Assembly (NCBI GenBank): GCA_964016885.1
Contig: OZ024742.1
Location: forward strand, 21,266,001 to 21,330,000
Reading direction: 5' to 3'
From: Eledone cirrhosa
Lineage: Eukaryota
DNA length: 64,000 nt
The notes under the pieces were generated by a model, which was not told where the DNA came from, did no database searches, and saw nothing but the letters and a program-made list of their open reading frames with translations. This document shows, in pieces, positions 13,512 to 27,887 of the stretch (its first letter is position 1; each line of letters starts with the position of its first letter). The position numbers and the translations under genes are program-made.

Positions 13512-13645
13512 GGAAGAAACTCTAATCGACTGGATGGAGAAGACATTGTTCTGGAGGACGGAGAGGAAAACGCGCTCGAACAGTCACTCCAGCTCGGAGG
13601 TCTCTTACATTCGGGCAGTGAACAGGGATGTGACCCGATGTCCAT
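13512..13645 (-). CDS. candidate first coding exon of an unidentified host gene (MDIGSHPCSLPECKRPPSWSDCSSAFSSPSSRTMSSPSSRLEFL)
   Basis: Unique, GC-richer island; ATG frame open up to a GTAAG donor at 13511; CCGGAAGT motif next to the ATG. No homology recognised. Confidence 0.3.
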
Positions 13646-14889
13646 GTACACCGGAAGTTTCCACTACCACAAGCTCAAACATAAACCTCTCAGAGAGCGG
13701 CCGATACTTTGACAGTTTACCCTCTTCTTATGCTGTTTCAAATGAAGAACGGTATTATACAATAACTATAAAGTAACTCCTTGGAGTAAATCTACATATC
13801 TTGCTACAATAATAAGTAACGCATAACAATATCGAGTTGTCTTCTTCATCTAAAGACTTATCCTCTATTTATACATCAGAGTTATCGCTGTTAAAACACA
13901 CTTAAGAGCCAGATGCTAATGTTAAACCGAAAAGACTTTGAATATAGCATCCAAGACCAGTTGCAATACATTTGGCGAGCTTTCGTATAATTTCCGAATG
14001 TTACATTTTAGCCATAACCACAGGATTTGAACTAATGGAAAACATTTACCTATGTTTCTGTAAATTAAAAACTAACGCAGTACTAAGTGATTGCAGGGAA
14101 ACATTCGGAACCAAACTGTGATGTTTGTTTTTACAGTGCAGATAAGATTAAGTAGAAAGTCATGTCGCGTTAGAAGATTACACGGACAATATTTATTTCT
14201 AGCAGAAAAAATAAAAAATAAAAAAAATGGTCAACATATGAGTAAGCAGTGTACAGAAAATGCGTGGATACATTAAATGTATTTTTATAAATATTATAAA
14301 TCATTTGAAACCAAATTTCAGTTCTTATCTGCAACTCAAATATTATATATTCATTATAATAACAGAGATTGTATACAATGGAACATTACACCCTATCGAT
14401 AAAATAGACTCAATATGAAATGAATTTAGTTATCACCTTTTTTCTGAAACGTGCCTAGGTTGTATCTGACAAATCAGTCAAAATAAACATTATGATATTC
14501 AAATATTAAACACTAACATTGTCTTCCTATAAGATATTAATGATTGTTTAGACAATGTCATATGAATATTTCATTTGACCATTTCGTCCAAGAAAGGTAG
14601 ACATATAATAACGACGTGATAAATGTAATTTTATTATTTCCAACTCTGTATAAGTTCAAACAAGTCGTACATTCAATAAAATGTTTCGGTAATATAAAGG
14701 TAAGGGTATGGGAGGGGTGAGTCATTAGAACGTCGAATAGAATACTTTCCAGTATTTGTTCCTGCTATCTGAGCTCATTGAGTTCAAATCCCACTGAGGT
14801 CAACTTTGTCATTCATCATTTCGAGTTATTTGTTCAGAAAAAATTACCTGTTCAGTACATGAGACGATTCTTCACACATCAACTCTTAC

Positions 14890-14995
14890 TCTATCTGTTT
14901 CTGTTGAAGAAATCGGCTGTGTTCCAGCCTGGAAAGACGATGTGTTCCACTAAATTTAATGTGTTCAAGGCACACTCTACGTCGCGACGGTAGCC
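14890..14995 (-). other. candidate 106-bp exon
   Basis: ttgtgttgcAG acceptor and GTAAGA donor bracket non-repetitive, GC-richer sequence. Confidence 0.25.
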
Positions 14996-15179
14996 CTGCA
15001 ACACAATACGTAGATTCGGACCCATACATAAATATGGTATAGAGAGGAAAGTTTCGATCACCTATATGAATGCCCAAACCAAATTATTTAAAAATACCCC
15101 TATCACAATAAACATGTATCGTAACAAGGGATCCACGTAAGTCATTGCATAAAAGGAAAGGGATGAGTCCTATGATAAT

Positions 15180-15315
15180 TTCTACTATAGGCACAAGGCC
15201 AGCAATTTTGGATGAGGGAAAAGTCGACTAAATCGATCCCACTGCATTACTGGTGCTTTATTTATTGACCTATAAGGATGAAAGACAAAGCTAACATCAG
15301 CGAGATTTGAACTAC
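15180..15315 (-). mobile_element. Meta-like SINE fragment
   Basis: tttctactataggcacaaggcc..aaggatgaaagacaaag..gatttgaact. Confidence 0.7.
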
Positions 15316-15984
15316 TGCCATTCTACCCACCCATTTGAGTCCTATAATGAATGCTGTTCGACTTCAATGGATACACACTGGAGCATTTGAGTTTAGCATC
15401 CCATGTTAAATTACAATTTTACACTCGTGTTGTTAGGAATAATACATTGCTACTCATCTGCGGTGCCTCAACCTGGATAACTCTGCCATCGGAGATTAGT
15501 CTATTATATAATACAAAGGTGCACATTTTACATTGTAAGAAACACACACAACTCATTTGAAAATCACCACGCCTGTCTGGTTATGCAAATGTTCTAATTC
15601 AATATTTGTCATGGAAATCTCTAGATGCTTCTCCACATTTACGAAAGGGCATCTATCCGTCTTGCAGTTTAGTGAAGAATAATTATGATAGGTTGCACTC
15701 CTTCATGGACTCCTTTTTTATTTAAGGAATCTGGATGAAAACGTGTAGGGAAACGACATGTAAAAATAAATTAACTAGAATTTATATCTCGATAACGAAT
15801 CTATTGTAAATTCATAATTCTATTTCTCGTCCGATGATTTCTATGTATCCGTTGATAATTAAGAAGAAAACAATCTACAACTACTAATCAGATATGCATT
15901 GTTAACGAGACTTATGATCTGGTTTTGAATTTAGACAGAATTTCTCTCTTAACAACAATAAAATATATAATATATGTATATAAA

Positions 15985-16250
<266 letters not shown>

Positions 16251-17338
16251 GAATGTATGGAATTATTGTAATTATTCGGAGAAATACAGAAAAGGAGATT
16301 TCCATGGATAAAGGAATAATTGTTTCTGTTAATGTGGTTTTACTCGTACAAACAGGGTTTCATGAGATCTGTGTATTGAGAAATTATGCCAATTGTCTAT
16401 CAAAGGACAAAAACAAAAATATGATGGAATCTAGTATCTACAGGTATTGTCTGAAAGAAATAAAATATTTAATTCAAGGAAAAGAGTTATAAACGAAATA
16501 AACATATGCTTGCTTCTAAAAGGTTTATGCAATATAGTATTGGAAAAGTTGCTTTGATACATATTGTATGGAGCGTCCGTTTAAGTGAGAAAAAGTTTTA
16601 TATATTTGTAAAACCTAGACTGTTTGTACCATTCAATTTCATATAGGACAGTTTCATTAATCTATCTGCTGATGTTTACAAATTATGTGGATACTAATGT
16701 CGGTACTGCTCTCTATTATTTTGTATATAAAATTAGAAGATAAAACTTCATTCAGCTTGAAATTGATAATATCTGACTATGATTATTACAATATCTCTAG
16801 GATATTCACGCTGTATTTAGAAGAACTATTACTGAAAATATCTTAAGGGAAATGTGTGTGATAATTGAAAATTAAGAATGCCTCTTCTTTGAAAGTTGAT
16901 TTAGATAGGAATTCGTGTCAATCGCATCGCTATTATGTACGGATGGGTTACTGAAAGGCTACATTAAATCACATATTAAGTGATTATTCTGTCTAGCATT
17001 CTGTGGCAGATAGACAAATCACTTACATCTGGCTGTCATATAGTAAACACGGAAATACAGATGTAACAAATACTACAGATATGGTAATATATAATAAGTT
17101 ACAACTAAAATTGCATCAATTATAATGTAAATTGTGGGCTGCGTAATATAGTGACGTGACGTATCAAAAAACACTGACTAGAATGGTTCGGTACCAGACG
17201 GTGGTAAATATTTATTACACAGGTTTCCCAGATGGATGTTATAGATATTTGTGGTAGACGAAACATAGAAAGCGAATAATATCTGATGATTTTGAAGCCC
17301 ATATTTGTCCAATATACCTAAATAATCATAGAAAAAAA

Positions 17339-20300
17339 AATCACAAGGGATTGACACTCCAAATTCACTATTTTCCTTTTACTTTGCTCCACTTTTCAAA
17401 TTAAATGACACGACGGTTCAGTTATATTCAAATATTGTAAGCGCGTCCATTGAGAACATCGTCTTTGACAAAGTGCTTAGTTGCTCGCATGTGTGAGTGC
17501 TGAATTCTGGGTCTTTCCGCTGGGAACAACCCCTCCCCCCCTCGTTTATGTGTACATCCATCCATTCACTCATCCATTTACTGCCATTCTACCTTCCTGT
17601 GTCTCCCCCTCCATGCGACCCCTTTTCGCTCTCGTTTTCTGGCACCTTCATATATATAGGTGAGCTATGCTGCTCTCTCACCAGCACTTTTCCTTCCAAC
17701 CACACACACCAGCCACCCACCCCTGATGCCGTTCGGTGCCCCAGTCCCCGGCCCCACGCCCCATCCCCCACCCTTTCAAATCGACACCTGCAGCACTTGC
17801 GGCACTACTAACAAACGGAAGAGGGGCCCGAACTGTTTGGCGTGCGGCTGCTTCCACCACCTCACTTTCTTTAGCTTGACTCGTCGAGCTTCCAATGCCC
17901 TCGCAGCGTGTTGGAGCTGCCTCTTCCCCACGTCTTCCCAGCCACGGCCTTCTGGCACACCACCAGATGGGACAGCGAGCTTGCCTGACGCCCGAGCCTC
18001 GCTGGTCAACATCGCTCGGCTCAGGCGGCTCCGGAAGATGCCACTCAGGATCCCGAGAGCGGCACGGGTGCCGGTGGCTGATGTCCTCGCTTCCTCGATT
18101 GAGAGCGCCCTGGCTCCAATTGAGCCAGTGACTGGGAGCGGCTGTTCTATTTCGCCCCACTCGCCCTCGACCTCCCCAGCTCTGGCGCTGACCAGGGCGG
18201 CCGGGCAGCAGCAGCCTTCGTCAAGGCCAATGTCTCGTCATTTGGGCGAGCGCCCATTCCAAGCGTGCCCAGGGACGTCACACACCCCACACTCAGGTAC
18301 CCCTATCCTCCACCCCCGAGGCCTGCGCCAAGCGTTTGCGTGACCAGGTAAACGCAAAGCTTATCATGGGTGGTGTCTCGGCCGCAGTCAGAGTTGTTGC
18401 CTCAGAGGACACTGTCCTCCAACCCACCGAGGAGATCCTGGCTGCTCTGCAGCTCAAACACCCTGAACACCCACTGATCTCAGACCCATACCCCCACCCG
18501 ACCCCCACCCGCTCCTTGTGGCTACTGATGCAGATATCATGTCCGCCATCAGGTCCTTCCCAGCTAGCAGCTGCGAAGGTGTTGATGGTCTCCGACCAGG
18601 CCACCTCAAAGAGTTGACATCCCCCTCTCTGCTGAGGCCGGGCGGCGCCTTCTGAGTGCAATTGTGACGCTCATCAATAGGCTCATTCATGGTGCCCTCG
18701 ACCCTTACACCCGAGGCCTCTTTTTTTCGGCCAGCCTCACCGCTCTCAGGAAGAAAGAGGGTGGCATACGCCCCATTGCTGTGGGCAATGTCTTCCGGAG
18801 GCTGGCTGCCAAGGTGATCTGCAAGTCCGTCACACATGAACTGGGTGAGGAGTTTAGTCCGGTGCAACTGGGTGTCGGCGTGTCCGGTGGCTGTAAGGGA
18901 GCCTTTCATGCAATCAGGCAGTTCTTCAGCAGCTGCCCATCGGTTCCGGCATCCAGGGACTCCAGGCACCTCTCATTGTCAAGCTTGACATGAGGAATGC
19001 CTTTAACTCTTTACGCCGGGATCATCTGCTCTAGGCCTGCCTCAGCCGAGCCCCCTCTTCCTACCCGCTGGCCTACCTGTCATATGGAGCCCCGAGCATG
19101 CTCCTAGCTGCTGATACGGTCATACTCTCGGCTACTGGGGTCCAACAGGGCGACCCTTTGGCACCCCTCCTGTTCGCCCTTGGTATTGACCTCATAGCAC
19201 GGAGTATCACGGCCCCTCTCAACGTTTGGTATCTGGATGATGCTACGTTGGGCGGGTTCGTACGGACGGTCTGCCAAAACCTTCAATCGGTGATTACTGC
19301 CCTGGCGGGAATCGGCCTCCGGGTCAACTCGGCCAAGTCGGAGGTGGTGAACGTCAGCGTCGATGCTGTGTGCTTTGCAGCCTCCATCTTGGACGTGCGG
19401 TCCACACTCCGCCAGGTTCAGGTGACCCCCAAAGAGGATGTCCTCATCCTCGAGTCACCGATCCATCCGCCGGCCATCCGCTCCACCATCAGGTCCAGGC
19501 TTCAACAGCTCCAGACTCTCACGAGCCGACTGGGCTTGATTGACGGCCACCCACCTCTCTTTCTGCTAAGGAACTGCTTCGCCATGCCGAAGCTCCTCTA
19601 TACACTCCGCATCACTCCATGCTACACCCAGACATCTCTCCTCGCTGACCTCGATACTTGTATCCGAGCAGCAGCCGAGAGGATATGCAACGTCAAGTTT
19701 GACGACATAGGGTAACAACAAGCCACTTTACCGGTCATATATGGCGGCCTAGGCCTCCGGTCCCCGATCTCACTAGCTTTGCCGGCGTATCTTTCGTCGC
19801 TATCCTCGTGCCGCGTTATCGTCAGCAGGGTTCTTCAAAACACAACAGAACCCTCTGTGTTCAGAGAACGTGAGGCCGCTTGTGAGACGTGGGACCGGCT
19901 GGGACTTAGCCCAGTATACGTCTCTCCTCCTTCTCCCCCTGTTGACGTTAAGTCCCCCCAACGCACTTGGGATGCCATCCAGTGCAGCCTGGCCTGAGAC
20001 AGGCTCACGCGCCAGCTCGACCAGCACCGCCTTGGTTGTTTTCGTGCGGCCTCCAAACCCCACAGTGGTGCCTGGCTCCATGCTCTACCCTCGTTCTCCA
20101 CTGTCACGCAGCTATACAACAATAGCCTGCAAATCGGCGTTTCCCTGAGGCTCGGCCTCCGAATCTGCCAGCCACACCAATGTCGCTGCGGTTCCACCGT
20201 GAACTCTTTCGGCCTCCACTCGCTTTCCTGTCACCACAGTGCCGGCCGCATTCCACGCATACTGCTCTCAATGAGGTCATTAAGCATGGCCTGGACGTTG

Positions 20301-20782
20301 CAGGCTTCCTTTCGCAGATCGAGCCGGTGGCTGGATCGAGGGGACGGCAAAAGGCCAGATGACATGGCCATCTTCCCGTTCCGCGGTGGAAAACGCCTCG
20401 TCTGGGATGCCACTTGCACCGAAACTTTCTGCAGCCGCAACCTGGTGCAGTCTGCGACTGACCCAGGTTCTGGTAAATGTCGGGCTGAGGGGGCCAAACT
20501 CTTCAAATACCGGTCGCTCTCCGACAGGTTTGCGGTCGTTCCCCTGGCAGTGGAAACTTCTGGTTGCTCGGCCCCAGGGCTACCTCCTTACTCACCACCA
20601 TAGCGCTGAGCTGGCCAGCCGTAGGTGTGAGCCCCGCGAGTTGGAGTGTCTTTTCCAGCGCGTCTGCCTTGCCGTCCGCCGGGGAAACGCCTTCTCCATT
20701 CTGTTCGCCTGGGCTGTGGGTGGGCCCCATCGCGTACCATTACATTAGTTAAATACCATTCTTTCATCTCATACATATATAT
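17339..20782 (+). mobile_element. CRE-clade non-LTR retrotransposon (RT-RLE), near full length, decayed, with 18-bp TSD
   Basis: GIRPIAVG..RRLAAK, QLGVG, KLDMRNAFN, GVQQGDPL, YLDD, GGLGL, CCHC-like region, KRPD, WDATC, AVETSG. TSD aa(t/c)aatcatagaaaaaaa at 17321-17338 and 20783-20800. Confidence 0.85.
17660..20748 (+). pseudogene. CRE ORF with PHD-like N-terminus, RT and RLE; multiple frameshifts and stops
   Basis: Pieces at 17660-18343, 18336-18617, 18664-18993, 19098-19715, 19779-19997 and 20199-20603. Confidence 0.8.
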
Positions 20783-21239
20783 AACAATCATAGAAAAAAA
20801 TGTTTCACGTTACAACAAATAGCAACCTATATGTATTTATAAACAATACTATTTCGTCCATGTGGAGTATAGTAACATAGTTGTGTGTATTGAATATAAA
20901 GGAAAACTGAAGGGAAAGCATATGTTGTTGTTTAGCCCTTGATGACGCCTTAAGATCTATGAACAAAGGTGATTTTGTCTTTTATTTTACATAAAACAAG
21001 GAGCTGCGTAGTGCAATGTTTGCCCTTTTCTAACTGATTTGATGTGAAGTGTATTAGAATGTAACTTCCAGCAGGTCAGGCGACAGTAAAACGACTCACT
21101 ATTTGACTAATTATAGTGTAATTTCTTACAGACTGTAGAGTCCTCGTCTATGACCGTCGCTGTAACTTTGAGCAAGTCAACCGACTAAAAGCTATTCCTC
21201 CACATTGTTTAATATGGTGTATGTTGACTTCTTCCCAGA

Positions 21240-21480
21240 TCACTTATTCCTGTGAGGGGGGGGGGGGGGGGGGGGCAGAGTCCTCAAATACTCTTTCCAG
21301 CGGGTCCTGTCAGATCTGACCGTCTCTAATTGATCCGACTGGATCGCCAAGTGAGACCAGCCGAGCTCATGGATGTTATCCAATCATCTTGCTCGAGGTC
21401 TACCTATGGGTCTCTAGTCGGTTGGTGTTGCCAGTAAAATATGTCCAGCGATTCTTTCCTGAAATATTTTAACCACGTGC
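21240..21480 (-). mobile_element. RTE-like LINE 3' fragment
   Basis: Reverse strand encodes a degenerate HVVK..ILLATP..RPIGRPRAR..DNI, resembling the RTE C-terminal GRPR motif. Confidence 0.55.
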
Positions 21481-21584
21481 TGTTTGAAATATGTCAATAA
21501 TAAAGGGACTCAATAATACGCCTCCTTGACCTTTACCTTCAGATAACTATCACTAGATGGACCGTATGTGTCCAAAGACAAAAC

Positions 21585-21673
21585 ACCTTTCTTTTCTCCA
21601 CAGGTACTACCCCATCATCTTATTTCTTCCAGAAATAAGATGATGGGATAGTACCTGTGGAGAAAAGAAAGGT
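21585..21673. repeat. near-perfect 89-nt hairpin (43-bp arms, 3-nt loop)
   Basis: acctttcttttctccacaggtacta(c/t)cccatcatcttatttct-tcc-reverse complement, one mismatch. Confidence 0.9.
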
Positions 21674-23608
21674 AGTACCAAATGATCCTGCTAATACATC
21701 TTTCTGAAATATCCACTTCCAACCCTCTTCTAGATACAACCTCAGTCTTTGGGTCTTTTCGGAATGTAGCTCTCCTTTCTCTCCCATCACCTAAACCGGC
21801 TCATTTGTATGTACCTTCATGCCACAGTATGCCCTTTCATATCAATTCCTGACATTTGTCCACGATGTATACGTATGTATAATCAACTAATGTTCTACTA
21901 TCTATTAAGTAGCGACGATTATGTGAGCAATATTTCTAGCATTTCTGTGTGTCATGTGGCTAATATCAACTGGTTGCCTTTAATAAACGTTGGTACTGCT
22001 ATAAACGAGACGTTCGAGTATTGTTATTGCACACTTGTACGACAAGTATAAACTACCGTCTTAAACGAGATTATTGAATTTAGTGGTATAGCCATACATA
22101 TTTTAAATGCTGTCCTTATGAGTCACATTGGAATAAACAGCTACAGCAACATCTCTTCACAGGGATGTTTTACGGCAATGTTTTTATTAGTAAATGTAAC
22201 CTTTTTAGAGCTTGTGCATATGTCCACATGCAACACTGATCACTTGATTCTAACTGATCAAAGCAGAAACGACCATATGTGTCCGGATTTGTTTACCTTC
22301 ACACACTTGATTTTAAATTTAATTTTAAATGGTTCTCATATCATTATTCAAGTGAACCTTTACGAAAATAATTGTTTTATCTCGGTGTTCACAATGACTG
22401 TAATAGATAAACAGGTGTCTTTCCTATCAGACTGAGGGGCAACAATCTAGTAATACAATTAAATGTTCATGTTGATGTATTAATAGTGAGTGTATAGAAG
22501 TAGCAATACTTATCGAAATATTTTAAAATAACCATTTTAAGTAAGCTAAATTAGACATTTATAATACGAAATATTCTGGGAACTTTATTCCACTCACATT
22601 GGGTTTAATGACTAATAAATTTCATCTCGATGGTTTTCTTTCATCGATAATTATTATTAATGTTTATTAGATATTTTCAAATTATGAACTGAATAAATTA
22701 ATTCAAAACCTCAAGATATTACAGCAGTGTATGAGTTCCTTATGGTTGCCAAACTTAATCTAGTTGATATGTTTTTCTTACTCTATTTAATTATTCAAGG
22801 CATAAAACCAATTAGATATCCTATCAATTTGTTGTACCAACAATGATCTATCTATCACACCGCTGGAAATAACAAAAATTAACTTTAAAATGACTGCGAT
22901 TTTAAATTTAACTAGAACAGATATCACCTTTATGGGATTTTTAACGTATTGAAATGTTAAAATTCATAAATTGCTACGGCTATCACATAAATATATGATA
23001 TAAATTGAAGATTGTTATATTACGTTTAATAAAACATGACAATTTTAAAATGAAATTTTAATTATACTTAAATATAGCTATAAAATAATAATGCAAAATA
23101 TGAATTTTCCGAATTATATAAGATATTAACTCTTAAGAAAATGTTTGAGATATATAATTGTAGCTGAAACGATATAGTAAAGGCGGGGAAAATACGCTAA
23201 CCTTTTGAAATGAAGCTCGCTGGAATAAATATTCGTTCAGCTAAGAGTCTGACAAAATGTCTAATGTTTTCACTTGCAAAAGTTTAATAAATTTTGAGAA
23301 AGATCTTAGTGAGTGGGCTGAAGAAAATTCACATGTAATAGTATATGTCTCGCCTCCTAAATTTTATTCGCTGGAAACTTATCTGGATAAATTTCGACAA
23401 TATAAGGAGTGCTGTGAAATATATTTAATCCGAGAGGCAGCTTTTGTATTTGAAATTCAATGAGAAACACAAACCGCACACACACACAAATCTATATCGA
23501 TATCTATATGTGTATGTGTATATGTATATATATATACAAAATATATGTATGTATGTATATATATATATATGTATCACTTATATATATATATCACTTTCTG
23601 GTATATAT

Positions 23609-23950
23609 ATCATCATCATCATCATCATCATCATCATTTTACGTCCACTTTTCCCTGCTTGCAAGGGTGGGACGAGAACTGATTCTGGGTTGATTTCTAG
23701 AGCTGGATGCCCTTCCTAACACCAACCTCATTTACAGTGTGTGCTGGGTCCTTTTTTGCTGTGGCACCTCCACGACCACTTTGCAGTGGAATGATAGGAC
23801 TCCATCTCATTTCTACAGCTGAGTAAACTGGAGCAATGTGAAATAAAGTGTCTTGCTCAAGGAAACAACACATCATCCGGTCTAGGAATTGAACTCACAA
23901 TCTTTCGATTGAAAGGCCAATGCTCTAACCACTAAGCCATGTGCCTCCAT
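23609..23950 (-). mobile_element. tRNA-derived SINE with (ATG)n tail
   Basis: Reverse strand has ggaggcacatggcttagtggttagagc (A box), gagttcaattcc (B box) and ccttgagcaagacac core; (CAT)n at 23609-23637. Confidence 0.75.
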
Positions 23951-24115
23951 ATATATATATATATATACAATAATAATATATATATATAATTATATATATA
24001 ACTATATATATAATATATATTATTATTATTATTATTATATATATATTTATATACAATAATAATATATATATATAATTATATATATAAATATATATATAAT
24101 AATAATATAACGAAT

Positions 24116-24874
24116 AATAAAGCCCTCCAAAATAGCGGTTTTAGCGAACCGATTAAATACATACCCAACTATACTAACTCTATTAAACATAAAAACAGGA
24201 AAACAAAAATAATCTGGTTCAAACCCCCCTACTCTCTAGCAGTTAAAACTAATGTAGGCAAAAAATTCATAGAGCTCTTAGATAAACATTTCCCTAGAAC
24301 ACATAGATACTATAAGATCTTTAATAGAAACTGTGTCAAAATTAGCTACTCATGCGGTCCCCCTATTAAATCCTATATCATCAACAAAAAATCACCTAGA
24401 GAACATCAAAATTGCTCCTGTAGAATCAAAAGTGAATGCCCATTACAAGGTAAATGCAACACCAAAGCCATTGTATACGCGGCTAAAGTGACAACCATCA
24501 GCAACAACCAACGATATGTGGGTATGACGCAAGACAAATTCAAAACGCGTTATTACTCACATGTCGCATCCTTTCGACATCCAGAAAAAAGATTTACAAC
24601 AGCTCTGGCTAGCAGAATATGGGATTTGAAAGACCAAGGTATCCAATATAAATTGGATTGGTCAATTTTGAACCAATCTAAAGAATATGCAAGAGGAACA
24701 AGAAAATGCACGCTCTGTATAAATGAAAAATATTGGATTTTGCAAAACCTTAAATCACCAAAGACCTGCCTAACCACAAAGACAGAAATTTTCACCAGTT
24801 GCCCACACATGAAATCACACCTGCTTTTCAGCTCATATAAACTTAACACACTTTCAGATACTTATCCTCCATAA
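24116..24874 (+). mobile_element. 5'-truncated Naiad-like PLE ORF (RT thumb plus C-terminal GIY-YIG)
   Basis: Frame is open from about 24116, upstream of the tracked ORF: IIWFKPPYS..KHFP..KIFNRN..SYSC..CSC..CPLQGKC..IVY..YVGMT..CTLC..CPH. Confidence 0.8.
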
Positions 24875-24943
24875 GCTCTTATTATTCTCTTTAAGACTAC
24901 CTTTTCTGATTTACTTTCAATTTTAACCTTATTATTAATTTCA

Positions 24944-25178
24944 TTTTTATTTTTATTTTTATTTTTATTTTTATTTTTATTTTTATTTTTATTTTTATTT
25001 TTATTTTTATTTTTATTTTTATTTTTATTTTTATTTTTATTTTTATTTTTATTTTTATTTTTATTTTTATTTTTATTTTTATTTTTATTTTCATTTTTAT
25101 TTTTATTTTTATTTTTATTTTTATTTTTATTTTTATTTTTATTTTTATTTTTATTTTTATTTTTATTTTTATTTTTAC
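24944..25178. repeat. (TTTTTA)n hexanucleotide microsatellite
   Basis: Direct inspection. Confidence 0.95.
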
Positions 25179-26535
25179 TTCACATCCACCACTACCCTCC
25201 TCCCTTTATTCTCCGATTCACTTACCTAATATCTTCACTTTCCACTTTTTACTTCCCTATTTTCTTCACTACCTGATTAAACGAGTCACTTGCGTTTTCC
25301 ACTCCAGATATTTTCTGTTATTTCGCAGCCATTCTTATATTTTTTTTTATATTTGTACTCACTTATTCACAAGGCCGTTTTTACACCCTGTATCTATGTG
25401 TCTGAGCGTCTTTATGTGTGTATACTTTCTGTATATTACACGAACGCCTCCGTATGTGCGCGTGCGTGCATGTGTATATGTATATGTATGTGTATGTGTG
25501 TGTGTTTTTATATCTGTGTTTTTACATCTATTTTTTTACATTCTTATTTTTATGTGTGCGCATGTAAGCGGGTCAACGTGCGTGAGTGTATGTATGTGTG
25601 TGTGTATGTGTGTGTGTACGTACTGAATGTATGGATGTGTAAGTGTGCGTATGTATATATGTATGTATATATTTATGTGTGTATGTGTGTGTGAGTATAC
25701 ACTCGCGTACGTACGCGTGATTAGATATACATGGGGCGAAGTGTATGTATGTATATGTGTGCATCCTGTGTGTATGTATACTTACATACGCTTTTGTCTG
25801 CACGTTTTGCGTGTATATATATATATATATATTTTATAGATATACGTTTCTTGTAGATATGTGTGTGTATGTACGCGTGTACCTTGTTTGTTTTCTTTAC
25901 TTCGCAATTTTCTTTCTAAATTATTGTTCCATTTTTATAAATATATCGAGAATGATACGTTCTTTTTACTATTACACTCCCTTACCTCTTTTTCTTCCGC
26001 ATATAAGTGTACGCGCGTGTGTGTGTGTTTATACGCGTGCCTTCATATTCTTATAATGTATCTAATACCCTGTTTTTCTGCGCATCTGTCCACCGGACAT
26101 TCATGTCTGTGTCTGTAGTTACATATATACTTACCCTCATATATATATTTACGCACACATTTTCACTATACACACACATTTGTACATACATACATATGTA
26201 CATCAGTGAGTGTATATACATACATATACACACACCTAACTATATTTCTTAAAAAATGTTTATATGTTTTATATGTCTACTATAATTTTTTTTTTTTTTT
26301 GCATTTCTTGAGGAGACTTTCCAAATATTTAGCTATGTTTTATATTGCCTCGTCCTACGAACGAATGAAGACGTTTCTTTCGTATTCGCCTTATTCGGGA
26401 AACCTCTGGTAATGAGGTAATTATATTGTATTGTTGTTTTTTATACATAAAATTTTGCTCTGGTACTTACATAGAGCACTCTTCACTCTTATGACTTTTT
26501 CTGTTTTCAACGGAAACTTCAATACTTATAATAAT

Positions 26536-26605
<70 letters not shown>

Positions 26606-26616
26606 GTATATGTATG

Positions 26617-26660
<44 letters not shown>

Positions 26661-26674
26661 TATGTATATGTATA

Positions 26675-26749
<75 letters not shown>

Positions 26750-27887
26750 AAAAAGGGATGAAATCGAAAATGCAACTAAAGTCTTATTTTTTTTAAAATA
26801 TATATATTTATTTGGTTCCTTTACCGGTTTCGCAGTTCTTCTGCTTTTCAAAAGGTGAGTTGAGATGGAGGGTCTGTGGTTTTTCTCACATCTGGTTGGT
26901 CTCTAAATGTTACTTGTTTTATATGGAAAAACTGGCTCGAAAACCAGTTTTTTCGAGAAGTAATTTGATTGGTTTGTCAATAATTATAATAAATTTCGCG
27001 CCAGTTCGCGTTACAATAGTTCTTCAAATAAGAGAGGGGGGGGGGTTGTCACAGGTTGTTTTTTCATATATGAGTGTTTGAATTTCTTTTTACTTGAAAA
27101 AATGAGGCTCACGAAGGTTTTTTTTGGTTGGTTATAAATGAAATTTGGCTGTCACGTGAACAAGTTTTCATTACATTTTTGCGCCCTTATTTGGAAAACT
27201 ATTCTGTAGTCTATAGTGAATGTTATGACAATGGAGAGATAGTGGTCAAGGGAAAAGGGATTGGGAGAAATGTTCTGGTTCAGTGAATATGGCCAGCTGT
27301 CAGAGTTCAGGTGTCAGAGTTCAGATTTTCTATTGAGACTGAAGATATGTGTTTATTTGTGTGCTTGTGTGTGTGTATATATGTGTGTGTGTGTGTGTGT
27401 ATGTGTGTATTGGAAGATGATTCTATTAGTAGAGATGGGGGAGGGAGTTGTGTGTGTGTGTATATGGGTGTTATGTGTGTGTGTGCGAGTATGTTAGATA
27501 GAGAGAATATATATTTTTTGTGTGTGTGTATATATATATGTGTGTAGGAAAGTGGTTCTATTAGTAGAAATGGGGAGGGTGTTGTAGGTGTGGGGGTTTT
27601 TATGTGTGTGTATGGGTGTTATGTGTGTGGGAGTATGGTTAGCATGTTAAGATGAAGAGAATATATATATATATATATATTGTGTGTGTGTATGTGTGTG
27701 TGTAGGAAAATGATTCCTTTAGTAGGAATATTTTTGAATGAACATATTTTCCTGACTTTTTCGTGTTTGCTGTTGTATTGCCAGTGCAAACGTATGTTTA
27801 AGGTTTATTTAGTTCGGGTTTTTATTTTCTAAAGTAGGTGTTATGTGTGTGTGTGTATGTCATATTGTGGTGTTGACATAATGTATA

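Noticed and set aside
21256-21275. Poly-G run as a G-quadruplex element
   Set aside because: Homopolymer inside a decayed LINE fragment; its length is unreliable.
23257-23463. 68-aa ORF
   Set aside because: No recognisable motif or splice support.
24116-24874. Selenocysteine coding, as reported for some Naiad elements
   Set aside because: No in-frame TGA in the retained segment and no SECIS recognised.
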